Of a DNA stretch of 64,000 bases, positions 45,709 through 55,337 are shown one piece after another. The stretch is from Fidelibacterota bacterium (GTDB lineage: Bacteria; Fidelibacterota; Marinisomatia; Marinisomatales; Marinisomataceae). The DNA is taken from positions 3,451-67,450 of the forward strand of contig JADHQL010000001.1 of the NCBI GenBank assembly GCA_016777965.1, read 5' to 3'. The notes beneath the pieces are model-generated. The model ran no database searches. It saw only the letters and a program-made list of their open reading frames with translations, and was not told the DNA's origin. The stretch's first letter is position 1; each line of letters opens with the position of its first letter. The translations under genes were made by a program, and so were the position numbers.

Positions 45709-46746
45709 TTATTTCCAGTAATTAAACAGTTTGTAAAGTTTAGGTCTAAATTTATTTGATAATTTAGCACTTGAAACCTTTTTATTTTCATCTTTTCTTA
45801 TTTTTTTTTGTGTCTCTATATCCAATTGTAAAAATTCATTACAGGCGTTTGAACAACAATCATTATATTTTTCAGCACATTTATCACATTGAATGAACAA
45901 TAAATGACATGCATCATTTTTACAATTCTTGTGATCATCCGATGGTGTCTTACATTGATGACATTTACCAATAATGTCATTAGTTACACGTTCTCCCATT
46001 CTATCATCAAACACGAAATTCTTACCAATAAATTTAGATTTTAAATTATTTCGCTTCATATCGTGAGCATATTGAATGATTCCACCTTCAAGTTGATAAA
46101 CTTCTTTAAAACCTTTTTTAATGAGATACGAGCTAGCTTTTTCGCAGCGAATACCTCCTGTGCAGTATAGATGTACTTTTTTATCTTCTTTTCCTTCTAA
46201 AACTTTAGCAACCGTGGGTAATAATTCTTTTGAATAATGCGCATCAGGAATAACAGCATTTTTAAATCTACCCACTTCGCTTTCATAGTAATTTCTCATA
46301 TCAACAACAATTGAATCCTTTTCTTTAATAGAACGATTAAAATCAACTGGTTTTAAATGCACTCCTGTCTTATTCATATCATAGGATTCTTTGGGTACTT
46401 TATAGGCAACAATCTCATCACGAACTAAAATTTTTAATTTTAAGAAAGAGATGCCCTCTTCAACAGCATGTTTAAATTTGATATCATTAAAAACATCAAA
46501 TGAATGTATATAAAATTTAAAATCTTCTTTGTTATGCTCTGGAATGCTTATTTGCGCATTGATTCCTTCTTTTGAAACATAAATTCTGCCAAGAATATTT
46601 AGATTCTTAAGGTCAAAATATAATTTATCACGAAAATATTCAGGATTATCTATTGTAACGTATTTGTAAAAAGAACAAGTAATTCTTTCAAATTGTTCTC
46701 TTTCTAAGCTTTTTTTAAGCTCTACTTTAGACTTTTTATTGTACAT
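45709..46746 (-). CDS. trhO: Rhodanese-domain tRNA U34 hydroxylase (YceA/TrhO)
   Basis: 'SFYKY', 'GRIYVSKEGINAQ', 'DMRNYYESEVGRF', 'YCTGGIRCEK', 'QLEGGI', 'GKNFVFD'. Confidence 0.93.
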   Translation of the reverse strand: MYNKKSKVELKKSLEREQFERITCSFYKYVTIDNPEYFRDKLYFDLKNLNILGRIYVSKEGINAQISIPEHNKEDFKFYIHSFDVFNDIKFKHAVEEGISFLKLKILVRDEIVAYKVPKESYDMNKTGVHLKPVDFNRSIKEKDSIVVDMRNYYESEVGRFKNAVIPDAHYSKELLPTVAKVLEGKEDKKVHLYCTGGIRCEKASSYLIKKGFKEVYQLEGGIIQYAHDMKRNNLKSKFIGKNFVFDDRMGERVTNDIIGKCHQCKTPSDDHKNCKNDACHLLFIQCDKCAEKYNDCCSNACNEFLQLDIETQKKIRKDENKKVSSAKLSNKFRPKLYKLFNYWK

Positions 46747-46762
46747 AATAGAATGTTAATAG

Positions 46763-46798
46763 AAAAAGAGCCTATTAACAATAAATAATAGGCTCTTT
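46763..46798 (-). terminator. Rho-independent terminator
   Basis: Stem AAAGAGCCTATTA / TAATAGGCTCTTT with U-tract on the minus strand, after gene 46821..47573. Confidence 0.75.
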
Positions 46799-46820
46799 AT
46801 AAATTTAGAAAAAAGCAATA

Positions 46821-47573
46821 TTAATCAACAGTTGTACTTAATTCAGGTCTAAATCTCCAAGTTTCACTCCAAATCCAATTCCAACCTCCTCTTACTTTTG
46901 AGTCTAAATCTGGATCTTCCTCATACATTTTTTGAAGTGTTTCTTGAAATTCTAATTGATGTGGCCCTAACATTTCTGACATTGTCATGTGAGGTGTTGA
47001 ATATGAATACACTGAAACGTTTCCACCCAAAGTTTTTGTCATTGCGATCCAAGGTCTAGTGCTATCGCTTTGCTTCGCTAACTCATTAAATTTTCCAAAG
47101 ACACTCTCTGTGTTAGCAGTTCCACCTTGTTGAACGCCATAATAATAAACAGTAATAAAATTAGGAGGTCCTTGATTATTGACATTTGCTCCATCAACAG
47201 TCGGCATGTTTCTACTTAAATCAGGACGTAGTGTCCAGAACTCTGTACCACCAACTTGCTCAATCATTGATCCCCATTTATCGTAAGGTACTGGATCATG
47301 ATTTGACATAGCGTCAAAAACATCATCTACCATATCCAAAGGAGTAGGCCATTGTGCAGCAGCTACCCTAACGTATTTACCAGCATTTGGACCGTTGACA
47401 ATTGAAAATGTGTTTACTGCTCCTAGTCCAGTATGAGCTTTATTGTGTTGAATCATAGCTTTTTCAAAATCAGCTACTCTTACTCCATCTTTAGCTCCGA
47501 CATAACTTTGAATATGTAATACTTGACCAAAAGCAAAGGAAATAAAGATAAGTGATAGTAATAATTTTTTCAT
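46821..47573 (-). CDS. Hypothetical secreted protein with internal two-fold repeat
   Basis: Signal peptide, GAGG RBS; halves end in 'EFWTLRPDLS' and 'ETWRFRPELS'. Confidence 0.75.
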   Translation of the reverse strand: MKKLLLSLIFISFAFGQVLHIQSYVGAKDGVRVADFEKAMIQHNKAHTGLGAVNTFSIVNGPNAGKYVRVAAAQWPTPLDMVDDVFDAMSNHDPVPYDKWGSMIEQVGGTEFWTLRPDLSRNMPTVDGANVNNQGPPNFITVYYYGVQQGGTANTESVFGKFNELAKQSDSTRPWIAMTKTLGGNVSVYSYSTPHMTMSEMLGPHQLEFQETLQKMYEEDPDLDSKVRGGWNWIWSETWRFRPELSTTVD

Positions 47574-47609
47574 AATTACCTCATATTTGTTAATAATATA
47601 TAATGTTAA

Positions 47610-47801
47610 TTATTTTTTATCAAAGATGTAATAGTTAACTAAAGATTTAACTTGTTTCAAGGCTGCATGCGGAGCACCCCCGTCTTGTGCAATTCCTAAA
47701 ATAACGACATATGGCTGCTCTTTTACATTAGTAAAACTATAAAACATCGATGAAATCGATAAAACTAATAATAACCTAACCGCCAAGTTGAAGTTCATCA
47801 T
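47610..47801 (-). pseudogene. Truncated remnant of an exported PqqB-like metallo-beta-lactamase-fold protein
   Basis: Signal peptide then 'PYVVILGIAQDGGAPHA', the N-terminal motif of PqqB-like MBL hydrolases; only 63 aa, no HxHxxH core. Confidence 0.6.
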
Positions 47802-49647
47802 CGGATGACGTTACAGGTATATTTGGCGAATTGTACATTGCTTCAATTTCGGCTTTATGTTTTTCAATGACCACTTTTCTCTTAATAGACATCTTTGGAG
47901 TTAATTCTCCTCTGTCAACGGTCCATTCATCTGCAATTAAAGTGAATTTTCTTACTGATTCATATCTTGAAAAGTTGGTCATCGTATCCTTAACGATGGC
48001 ATCAAATAAGTCATATGCAAGTTCATGCGAACATAAAGCGTTATAATCTAAGCCTGATAATCCTTTTTCTTTCGCCCACGATAAAAGATTTTCTTTATTT
48101 GGAACTATTAATGCTGAAATGAAATTTCTATCATCTCCAACAACATTACATTGTTCTATATATTTATTTGAGGTAAGCGAAACCTCCATTGGTTGAGGAG
48201 CGACATTTTTTCCTCCTGAAGTTACAATCAAGCTCTTTTTTCTATCAGTGATGCGTAATAACCCATCTTCATCAAATTCACCGATATCACCTGAGTGAAA
48301 CCACCCATCAATAATTGATTCATTGGTTGCTTCTTCATTTTTGTAATATCCTTGCATTACATTATGACCTCTACAAACAATTTCTCCATCTGATTGAATT
48401 TTAACCTCAACTCCTGGTATTGCTTTTCCAACAGTTCCAAATTTAAAGAAATCTGGACGACCTATTGTCATTACAGGACTAGTTTCTGTTAGTCCATAAC
48501 CTTCAATTATAGAGATACCAATTCCACAAAAGAATGAGCCAACTTCTTTAGACAATGCAGATCCACCAGAAGAACATGATCTAACCTTGCCGCCTAATGC
48601 AGCTCTAAACTTATTGAGAACTAGCTTATCAGCTATTTTATATTTTTGAGCAAGAAAAAATGGTAAGTCTTGATTTTTTGTACGATAAGGTACAGTTTGC
48701 AAACCTACAGATATAGACCAATCAGCAAGCTTCTTTTTAATACCAGACATTGAAGCAACTTTATCTAAAATTTTAGCATGAATTTTTTCAAAAATTCTTG
48801 GAACTGCAGTTAAAAATGTTGGTCGAACTTCTCTAATATTTTCAAAAAGAATTTCAGGAGTAAAATTCATTTCAGCGTAGTAAATAGATATTCCTTGACT
48901 AAATATTGAATAATGTCCACCAACTCTTTCAAAACTATGACTTATTGGAAGAAATGATACAAATCGCTCTATACCATCCTTAGGTTTTAGTTCAGGATTA
49001 AGCTCCATAGCGTCTTTAATTATCGGATCTATAGAAAGTAAATTATTACAAATATTTGCATGGCTAAGCATAACACCTTTAGGATGACCTGTTGTTCCGC
49101 TTGTATAAATAAGAGTTAATAAATCATTTTCCTGAACAGTTGCAGAAAGTGAACGAATATCATGTACTTGATTTTTCATATTAAATACATCACCAAAATT
49201 GATAACATTCTCTTTGTTGCCACTATATTCGTCATCCATAATAATAATGGTATTTAAATTTGAATTAGCATCATCTATCAAGGAATAGACTTTATCTAAT
49301 TGGACCTCATCTTGTACAATTGCTATTTTACTTTCTGAATGTTCAACAACATATTGAGATTGCGTTGGAATAAGCGTTGGGTAAACTGGAACAGATACAG
49401 CTCTAATATGAGCAATTGCGTAGTCAGATATTGCCCATTTACGAGAATTTGCACCAATGATAGCAACTTTATCATTATCATTGATTCCTAAATTTTTTAA
49501 TCCATTTGCAAAATCCTCAACCATCACTTGAAGATCAGCTAACTCTACTCCTTCCCAACCATTTTCAGTTTTTGTATAGAAAGTTTTTAAGGTTGGTCTT
49601 TCGCTTACTAAATGTTGAAACATTTGTGGTACTGTTTTAAATGACAC
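47776..49647 (-). CDS. Long-chain-fatty-acid--CoA ligase (AMP-forming)
   Basis: 'IYTSGTTGHPKG', 'FLPISHSFER', 'EGYGLTETSP', 'GWFHSGDIG', 'ITDRKK', 'ELTPKMSIKR'. Confidence 0.95.
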   Translation of the reverse strand: MSFKTVPQMFQHLVSERPTLKTFYTKTENGWEGVELADLQVMVEDFANGLKNLGINDNDKVAIIGANSRKWAISDYAIAHIRAVSVPVYPTLIPTQSQYVVEHSESKIAIVQDEVQLDKVYSLIDDANSNLNTIIIMDDEYSGNKENVINFGDVFNMKNQVHDIRSLSATVQENDLLTLIYTSGTTGHPKGVMLSHANICNNLLSIDPIIKDAMELNPELKPKDGIERFVSFLPISHSFERVGGHYSIFSQGISIYYAEMNFTPEILFENIREVRPTFLTAVPRIFEKIHAKILDKVASMSGIKKKLADWSISVGLQTVPYRTKNQDLPFFLAQKYKIADKLVLNKFRAALGGKVRSCSSGGSALSKEVGSFFCGIGISIIEGYGLTETSPVMTIGRPDFFKFGTVGKAIPGVEVKIQSDGEIVCRGHNVMQGYYKNEEATNESIIDGWFHSGDIGEFDEDGLLRITDRKKSLIVTSGGKNVAPQPMEVSLTSNKYIEQCNVVGDDRNFISALIVPNKENLLSWAKEKGLSGLDYNALCSHELAYDLFDAIVKDTMTNFSRYESVRKFTLIADEWTVDRGELTPKMSIKRKVVIEKHKAEIEAMYNSPNIPVTSSDDELQLGG

Positions 49648-49714
49648 AATTTACTCCTTTTAATATTGGTTATTGACAAACTACATACTTTATCTGAAAT
49701 TTGTCAACATCTTT

Positions 49715-49798
49715 GCCGGGGTGGCGGAATTGGTAGACGCGCTGGTCTCAAACACCAGTGAGGGCAATCTCATGTCGGTTCGAGCCCGACCCTCGGTA
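49715..49798 (+). tRNA. tRNA-Leu(CAA), CCA not encoded
   Basis: Acceptor GCCGGGG/CCTCGGT; D-arm GGCGGAATTGGTAGACGC; anticodon stem CTGGT/ACCAG with CAA at 49749-49751; long variable arm; T-loop GGTTCGAG. Confidence 0.96.
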
Positions 49799-49799
49799 C

Positions 49800-49831
49800 A
49801 AAAAAAAGGGCTTAAAAAAGCCCTTTTTTTT
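49800..49831. terminator. Bidirectional Rho-independent terminator
   Basis: A8-GGGCTT-loop-AAGCCC-T8 between the tRNA and the convergent ORF. Confidence 0.88.
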
Positions 49832-49844
49832 AAACTAATTAAAC

Positions 49845-50324
49845 TTAATTCTCTTCTTCTGGGGGAAAGACTTCATCGTTAAGTGTTTTTAACTGCTTCT
49901 TGATATCTGATAAGTCTCTTCTAGTTCTACGCTTTTCTGAATCAAAGTTATCTTCTAACCCTTCAAGATCACGTTGAACATTTTGAATTCTTTTTGTTAA
50001 ATCTCTATCAACTCGTTTAATCTCGTACGCTAGGTCATCAATTAAATTTCCTAGAGAGTCGGCCTTAGCATAAATTAATTTTGTATTTGCTAAAATCATA
50101 TCTTGACCTCTTTTAATCTCTTTACCCTGGCCAATGTTTTCTAACTGAACAGCTTTAACTCTTTGTTTAAATTCTTTATTAACCATATCTACATGTTCTG
50201 CTTGCTCACCTCTTAATTGAGCCATTTCATCCATAGCTGATCCATATTGCATTAATGAAAAACCAACTGCTAAAGTTAGAGCAAGAACAACAACACTTAA
50301 AATCTTTTCAGTACTAGATAACAT
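49845..50324 (-). CDS. Hypothetical membrane-anchored coiled-coil protein
   Basis: GAGG RBS, N-terminal TM, heptad-rich remainder. Confidence 0.75.
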   Translation of the reverse strand: MLSSTEKILSVVVLALTLAVGFSLMQYGSAMDEMAQLRGEQAEHVDMVNKEFKQRVKAVQLENIGQGKEIKRGQDMILANTKLIYAKADSLGNLIDDLAYEIKRVDRDLTKRIQNVQRDLEGLEDNFDSEKRRTRRDLSDIKKQLKTLNDEVFPPEEEN

Positions 50325-50394
50325 AATAAATACCTCACTTTTTTTTTAGTCCACAGAAACTAATGAATGAAAATTCAATATGAAAACATTTTTT

Positions 50395-51369
50395 TTATTT
50401 AGGAATATTTCCAATTCTGGAAAGTCTAGGTAAATAATTTTCTAAGTCTAATGAAAACCAAGTAATAACTGGTTGTCCAAGAATATGACTCTTGGGAACA
50501 AAACCCCAAAATCTTGAATCTTCACTATTATCCCTATTATCTCCCATCGTCCAATAATAATCTTGTTTTAAAGAATATGTATCAATCTCGCTGATATCTT
50601 TATCATTTATTTTTAAATATTTTAAATATTCTTTTTTCATTACTGACATCCATGGATTAATTAATGAAGCATTAGGTTGCGGAACATAATTATCAAATAC
50701 TTTCCTATCACCCGTTCTTCTATATAGGTCATACGGATCTTCGTTGGTAAAGGTTAGCTTTTGATCGTTAAATACCAATTCAACTTTATTTCCTTCAAAT
50801 AATAGTAAAGGGATAATTAGCTCCCAATTCATATCTTCGTTAATTTTATATGAATCACCTTTTTTAGGAATTCTAAGATCTTTCATATTATCTTTATTTC
50901 CAAGATTCATAAATATACTGTCATCAATATAGGATTCGGATGATGGTTCTTGCGATAAAAATTGACCACCTTCAGGCAATAGATACTCTATATCATTAAC
51001 AAATACTTTTCGATTTTCAATTCTAACATTATCACCAGGTAAACCGATACATCTTTTTACATATTTATATACATTATCTCGGGGATATTCGAAAACTACT
51101 ACATCTCCTCTTTCTACATCTTTGAATGCAGGAAATCTATAATCTGGAAGAAATGTAGGAATACTTACAGCTGTAAATGGAACCCAAATTTTTTGAGGAA
51201 CTTTCATACCATAGATATATCTACTTCCAACAAGCATGTCTCCTCTTAATATATTCTTTTCCATACTTCCTGTTGGTACAATATAAAGCTCTACAACTGT
51301 TTCTTTTAGGAAAAGGATGGCCAAAATTAAAACAGAAAGTGATTTTATTTCTTTAATGAAGTTTTGCAT
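50395..51369 (-). CDS. lepB: Signal peptidase I
   Basis: 'VPTGSME', 'RGDVVVF', 'YVKRCIGLPGD', 'MGDNRDNSEDSRFWGFVP'. Confidence 0.96.
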   Translation of the reverse strand: MQNFIKEIKSLSVLILAILFLKETVVELYIVPTGSMEKNILRGDMLVGSRYIYGMKVPQKIWVPFTAVSIPTFLPDYRFPAFKDVERGDVVVFEYPRDNVYKYVKRCIGLPGDNVRIENRKVFVNDIEYLLPEGGQFLSQEPSSESYIDDSIFMNLGNKDNMKDLRIPKKGDSYKINEDMNWELIIPLLLFEGNKVELVFNDQKLTFTNEDPYDLYRRTGDRKVFDNYVPQPNASLINPWMSVMKKEYLKYLKINDKDISEIDTYSLKQDYYWTMGDNRDNSEDSRFWGFVPKSHILGQPVITWFSLDLENYLPRLSRIGNIPK

Positions 51370-51920
51370 TATTTAATATTGGATGATATCGGCTTAAAGG
51401 TTATTCTGTGTATTGGTGTATATGAGTATTTGTCCAATGCTTCCAAGTGTTTTTTTGTTCCATATCCGCTATTTGAAATAAAATCATAGTCTGGATAAAT
51501 ATAATGAAATGATCGCATTATTTCATCTCTTGTTACTTTTGCTATAATTGAAGCAGCCATAATTTGCTGATATTTTTGATCGCCTTTTATAATACCTTCA
51601 TTTTCAATTTGAATGTCTAATGAAAATCCATCAACTAAAACTTTATCTGGCCTTACTTTTAATGAGCTTATTGCATCTTTCATAGCATCTTCAGATGCTA
51701 CTTTAATATTGTGCTTGTCAATATAATCATTCCATTTAACTCCAACTGCAATTGAACTAGCATTTTCTAAAATCTCGCTATATAAAACTTCTCTTTTCTT
51801 TTTTGACAATTTCTTTGAATCGTTAAGAGAATCAATAGAATTATTTAGAATTACTGCTGCAGCTACCACTGGACCAGCTAAACAGCCTCTACCCACTTCA
51901 TCAACGCCCGCAATAATCAT
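51369..51920 (-). CDS. rnhB: Ribonuclease HII
   Basis: 'AGVDEVGRGCLAGPV', 'DSKKLS', 'KGD', 'AASIIAKVTRD', 'GYGT..H'. Confidence 0.97.
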   Translation of the reverse strand: MIIAGVDEVGRGCLAGPVVAAAVILNNSIDSLNDSKKLSKKKREVLYSEILENASSIAVGVKWNDYIDKHNIKVASEDAMKDAISSLKVRPDKVLVDGFSLDIQIENEGIIKGDQKYQQIMAASIIAKVTRDEIMRSFHYIYPDYDFISNSGYGTKKHLEALDKYSYTPIHRITFKPISSNIK

Positions 51921-51979
51921 TTTTTAAATTAATAATAAAAAATCAATGTACATCTTTTAAAAAAATAATTAATATTTAT

Positions 51980-53563
51980 GTGTCCATGTCAAAAACTCTA
52001 TATACGCTTCTAGTTTTTTCAATTATAGGAATTTTACTATTGATTCCAGGATATGGAGTTCACTTTTTTGAACAAATTTGGAGTTTTCCAGGAAATCTTT
52101 TTTCAGATGATTTCAAACAAGCATTTCCCTTAGCTACCATACCCCTAATGGTTATTTCTTTATTGGGAACTGGTATGTACATGACTTTTAAACTAGGATT
52201 TCCACAATTAACTCGCATTTTACACGGTATTAAAGTTACCAGAGGTGACTACGATAGCACGGAAGACGAAGGAGATTTAAACCATTTTAAAGCACTTTCA
52301 ACTGCTTTAGCAGCTACTGTGGGTATTGGAAATATTGCTGGAGTAGCTATTGCAATTCAAATTGGTGGTCCCGGCGCATTATTTTGGATGTGGATTACAG
52401 CTTTTTTTGGAACTGCTTTAAAGTATGCTGAATGTGCTCTCGCTGTTGAATACAGAGAAACAGACTCTCAAGGAAATACTGCAGGAGGACCAATGTATAC
52501 TATAGAAAACGGTTTAGGTCTTAATTGGAGATGGCTAGCAGTAGTATTTGCATGTTTTACAATCATTTGCTCCTTCTTTACAGGAAATGCTATTCAATCA
52601 AACACCCTAACACAGCAGCTATACAGTCAATTAGCTTCTATTTTTGGAACTGATAATTTTTTGATGTCTACAAAAGAAGTTGCTTTATTAGGTGACGTTT
52701 CAAGTATATCTATAATGCATGTGGCAATAGGTTTAATTTGTGCTGCAATTGTGGGGTCAGTTATTTTAGGCGGTATTAAAAGAATAGGTGATGTTACAAG
52801 TTTTCTTGTACCTATAATGGCTGCTATTTATGTTTTTTGTGCATTATTTATAGTGATTACAAACTTCGATCAAGTTGGTAATTCTTTTAATACCATTTTT
52901 ACAATGGCTTTTAATCCACCATCCTTATTAGTTCCTGCTACAGGCGTTGCTTCAGGAGCATTTATAGCATTTTTAAATACAATGTTAATGGGTGTTAAAA
53001 GAGGTTTATTTTCAAGTGAATCAGGTCAAGGTTCAGCTGCTATTGCTCATTCAACAGCAAAAACACCGTATTCCACCAGAGAAGGTGTTGTTGCTTTATT
53101 AGAGCCATATATTGATACTATCATAATTTGCACCTTAACTGGTTTAGTAATTATGGTTACTGGTTCATGGAAATTGACTGAGTTTTATTCCCTAAGAATT
53201 GATTCATCAATTGTTGAATTAAAAGAAGGTGTATTACTTACAAGTTATGCTTTTTCACAAGGAATTCCTTTTGGTAGTGAAATGGTTACCATTGCTGTAG
53301 TTCTCTTTGCTCTTTCAACTGCCATCAGTTGGTCATTTTACGGAGATAGAGCCACTGAGTACTTGTTTGGATCTAGTTATATTTCATATTATAGATATAT
53401 TTATGTTATAATGGTTTTTCTTGGCTCAATGTTAACTTTAAATCAAGTTTGGAATCTTGGTGATGCTGCCCTTGCTTTTATGACTTTTCCTAACCTTATT
53501 GCGATTATTCTTTTAAGTACGAAATTAAAAGATATTTCCTCTAAATACTTTGAAAAGTACTAA
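51980..53563 (+). CDS. Alanine/glycine:cation symporter (AGCS family)
   Basis: 'LAATVGIGNIAGVA', 'GGPGALFWMW', 'GGPMY', 'GGIKRIG', 'RGLFSSESGQGS', 'DTIIICTLT'. Confidence 0.95.
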   Translation: MSMSKTLYTLLVFSIIGILLLIPGYGVHFFEQIWSFPGNLFSDDFKQAFPLATIPLMVISLLGTGMYMTFKLGFPQLTRILHGIKVTRGDYDSTEDEGDLNHFKALSTALAATVGIGNIAGVAIAIQIGGPGALFWMWITAFFGTALKYAECALAVEYRETDSQGNTAGGPMYTIENGLGLNWRWLAVVFACFTIICSFFTGNAIQSNTLTQQLYSQLASIFGTDNFLMSTKEVALLGDVSSISIMHVAIGLICAAIVGSVILGGIKRIGDVTSFLVPIMAAIYVFCALFIVITNFDQVGNSFNTIFTMAFNPPSLLVPATGVASGAFIAFLNTMLMGVKRGLFSSESGQGSAAIAHSTAKTPYSTREGVVALLEPYIDTIIICTLTGLVIMVTGSWKLTEFYSLRIDSSIVELKEGVLLTSYAFSQGIPFGSEMVTIAVVLFALSTAISWSFYGDRATEYLFGSSYISYYRYIYVIMVFLGSMLTLNQVWNLGDAALAFMTFPNLIAIILLSTKLKDISSKYFEKY

Positions 53564-54332
53564 TCACATTCTTGATACTGCATTAGAAATTTCAGATCAA
53601 GCTGCTGAACTGATTCGTTTATCTTCTCAAAAAATTAAATCTTATAAGTCCAAAGGTGAAATTTCAAATCTTGTAACTCAAACTGATGTTGAAGCTGATA
53701 AACTAATCACCAAAAAAGTTAAAGAATCCTTTCCTGAACATAATATTGTCTCAGAAGAATTAGGATCAAATAAATTGAGTTCAGATTATACATGGTACAT
53801 TGACCCAATTGATGGTACCAATAATTTTGTACATAATTATCCTTCTTTTGCTGTTTCTATAGGCGTTTTCTTTAAAAACAAACCGCTGGTTGGGGTTGTT
53901 TATGATATCCCTAACAACGAAAAGTTTTTTGCCTCTAAAGATGGTGGTTCTTTTAGCAATGATTCTCCAATCTCTGTTTCAAATAGAGAACATTTTAATG
54001 AAGGGTTATATGTTACTGGTTTTATACCATACGATGAAAATTATATTGATAAAAATTTGCAAGTTATAAAGAATATAAATCTTAATTCACATGGTGTTAG
54101 AAGATTGGGGGCAGCTTCCTTAGATATGTGTCATGTAGCAAAAGGTATTGTTGAAGGATTTTGGGAATATAATTTACAACCTTGGGATACAGCAGCCGGC
54201 AATATCATCATTTCGGAGGCAGGTGGATTTGTTTCAAATGAAAACGGAAATCAATATAATTTTGATAAATGTATTGTTGCTTCTAATAAAAAAGTGCACA
54301 AAGAATTTTTAAAAATTATTAAAGAATCTTAA
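53550..54332 (+). CDS. suhB: Inositol monophosphatase family protein (SuhB-like)
   Basis: 'LVTQTD', 'SEE', '[12 protein letters not shown]', 'RRLGAASLD', 'PWDTAAG'. Confidence 0.9.
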   Translation: MKSTNHILDTALEISDQAAELIRLSSQKIKSYKSKGEISNLVTQTDVEADKLITKKVKESFPEHNIVSEELGSNKLSSDYTWYIDPIDGTNNFVHNYPSFAVSIGVFFKNKPLVGVVYDIPNNEKFFASKDGGSFSNDSPISVSNREHFNEGLYVTGFIPYDENYIDKNLQVIKNINLNSHGVRRLGAASLDMCHVAKGIVEGFWEYNLQPWDTAAGNIIISEAGGFVSNENGNQYNFDKCIVASNKKVHKEFLKIIKES

Positions 54333-55318
54333 TTCAGCTCTAAATAATCTTTAACATCAGATAATACGCTCTCCATAAGCTTATCATCAGTTTCTAGTAG
54401 AATTTTAACTTTTTCACGGCCTTGAGCAATCTTATCACCTTTGTATGAGAACCAAGAGCCCATTTTTTCAACTACGCCCCCCTGTAAAGCTAAATCCAGT
54501 AAATCTCCAGCATATGAGATTCCTTTACCATACATGATATCAAACTCAGTCATTTTAAAAGGTGAAGCTACTTTATTTTTTACCACTTTCACTCTGGTTC
54601 TATTTCCAGTCATGTCAGTTCCTTCTTTAATAGCAGCTATTCTTCTAATATCCAATCTTACTGATGAATAAAATTTTAACGCTCTACCACCAGGAGTTGT
54701 TTCTGGGCTACCGAACATTACACCAATTTTTTCTCTGATTTGATTAATAAAAACTACACATGTTCTAGATTTGTTAATTGGACCAGAAAGCTTTCTTAAA
54801 GCTTGTGACATCAATCTTGCCTGTAAGCCAACTGTAACATCACCAATCTGTCCGTCAAGCTCAGCTTTAGGTACTAATGCTGCAACAGAGTCAATAACAA
54901 TTACATCCAAAGCAGCTGTTTCTAGCAACTTTTGAAGAATATCAAGTGCTTGCTCTCCAGAATCTGGTTGTGAAACCAATAAGTCGTCTGCGTTACATCC
55001 AAGATTTTTGGCATATTCTGGATCTAATGCATTTTCAGCGTCAATAAATGCTGCTTTTCCGCCATTTTTTTGACACTCAGCAACAATATGCAAAGCTAAA
55101 GTGGTTTTTCCTGATGATTCAGGTCCAAATACTTCAACAATTCTTCCTTTTGGTACACCTCCAACTCCTAAAGCCACATCCAGTGAAAGACATCCAGTTG
55201 AAATAGCTTCTACATCAAGACTGGCAGTTCCACCCAATCTCATTATGGATCCATCTCCATACTCTTTATTAATATCTAATTGAACTGCTTCTAACACTTT
55301 ATCTACATTTTTTGCCAT
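54329..55318 (-). CDS. recA: Recombinase RecA
   Basis: 'GPESSGKTT', '[10 protein letters not shown]', 'DSVAALVP', '[10 protein letters not shown]', 'GGRALKFY', 'KNKVA'. Confidence 0.99.
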   Translation of the reverse strand: MAKNVDKVLEAVQLDINKEYGDGSIMRLGGTASLDVEAISTGCLSLDVALGVGGVPKGRIVEVFGPESSGKTTLALHIVAECQKNGGKAAFIDAENALDPEYAKNLGCNADDLLVSQPDSGEQALDILQKLLETAALDVIVIDSVAALVPKAELDGQIGDVTVGLQARLMSQALRKLSGPINKSRTCVVFINQIREKIGVMFGSPETTPGGRALKFYSSVRLDIRRIAAIKEGTDMTGNRTRVKVVKNKVASPFKMTEFDIMYGKGISYAGDLLDLALQGGVVEKMGSWFSYKGDKIAQGREKVKILLETDDKLMESVLSDVKDYLELN

Positions 55319-55337
55319 TACAACTTTCCTTTAATAT

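Noticed and set aside
49673-49882. 69-aa ORF in the track
   Set aside because: It spans the tRNA-Leu and its terminator; spurious
49715-50324. Integrative element at tRNA-Leu
   Set aside because: No integrase and no duplicated tRNA 3' end seen; the tRNA is followed directly by a terminator and a housekeeping region
51921-51979. Glycine riboswitch upstream of the AGCS symporter
   Set aside because: The 59-bp AT-rich gap is too short and lacks the GGAGA/GAAGG/CUCUCAGG aptamer motifs
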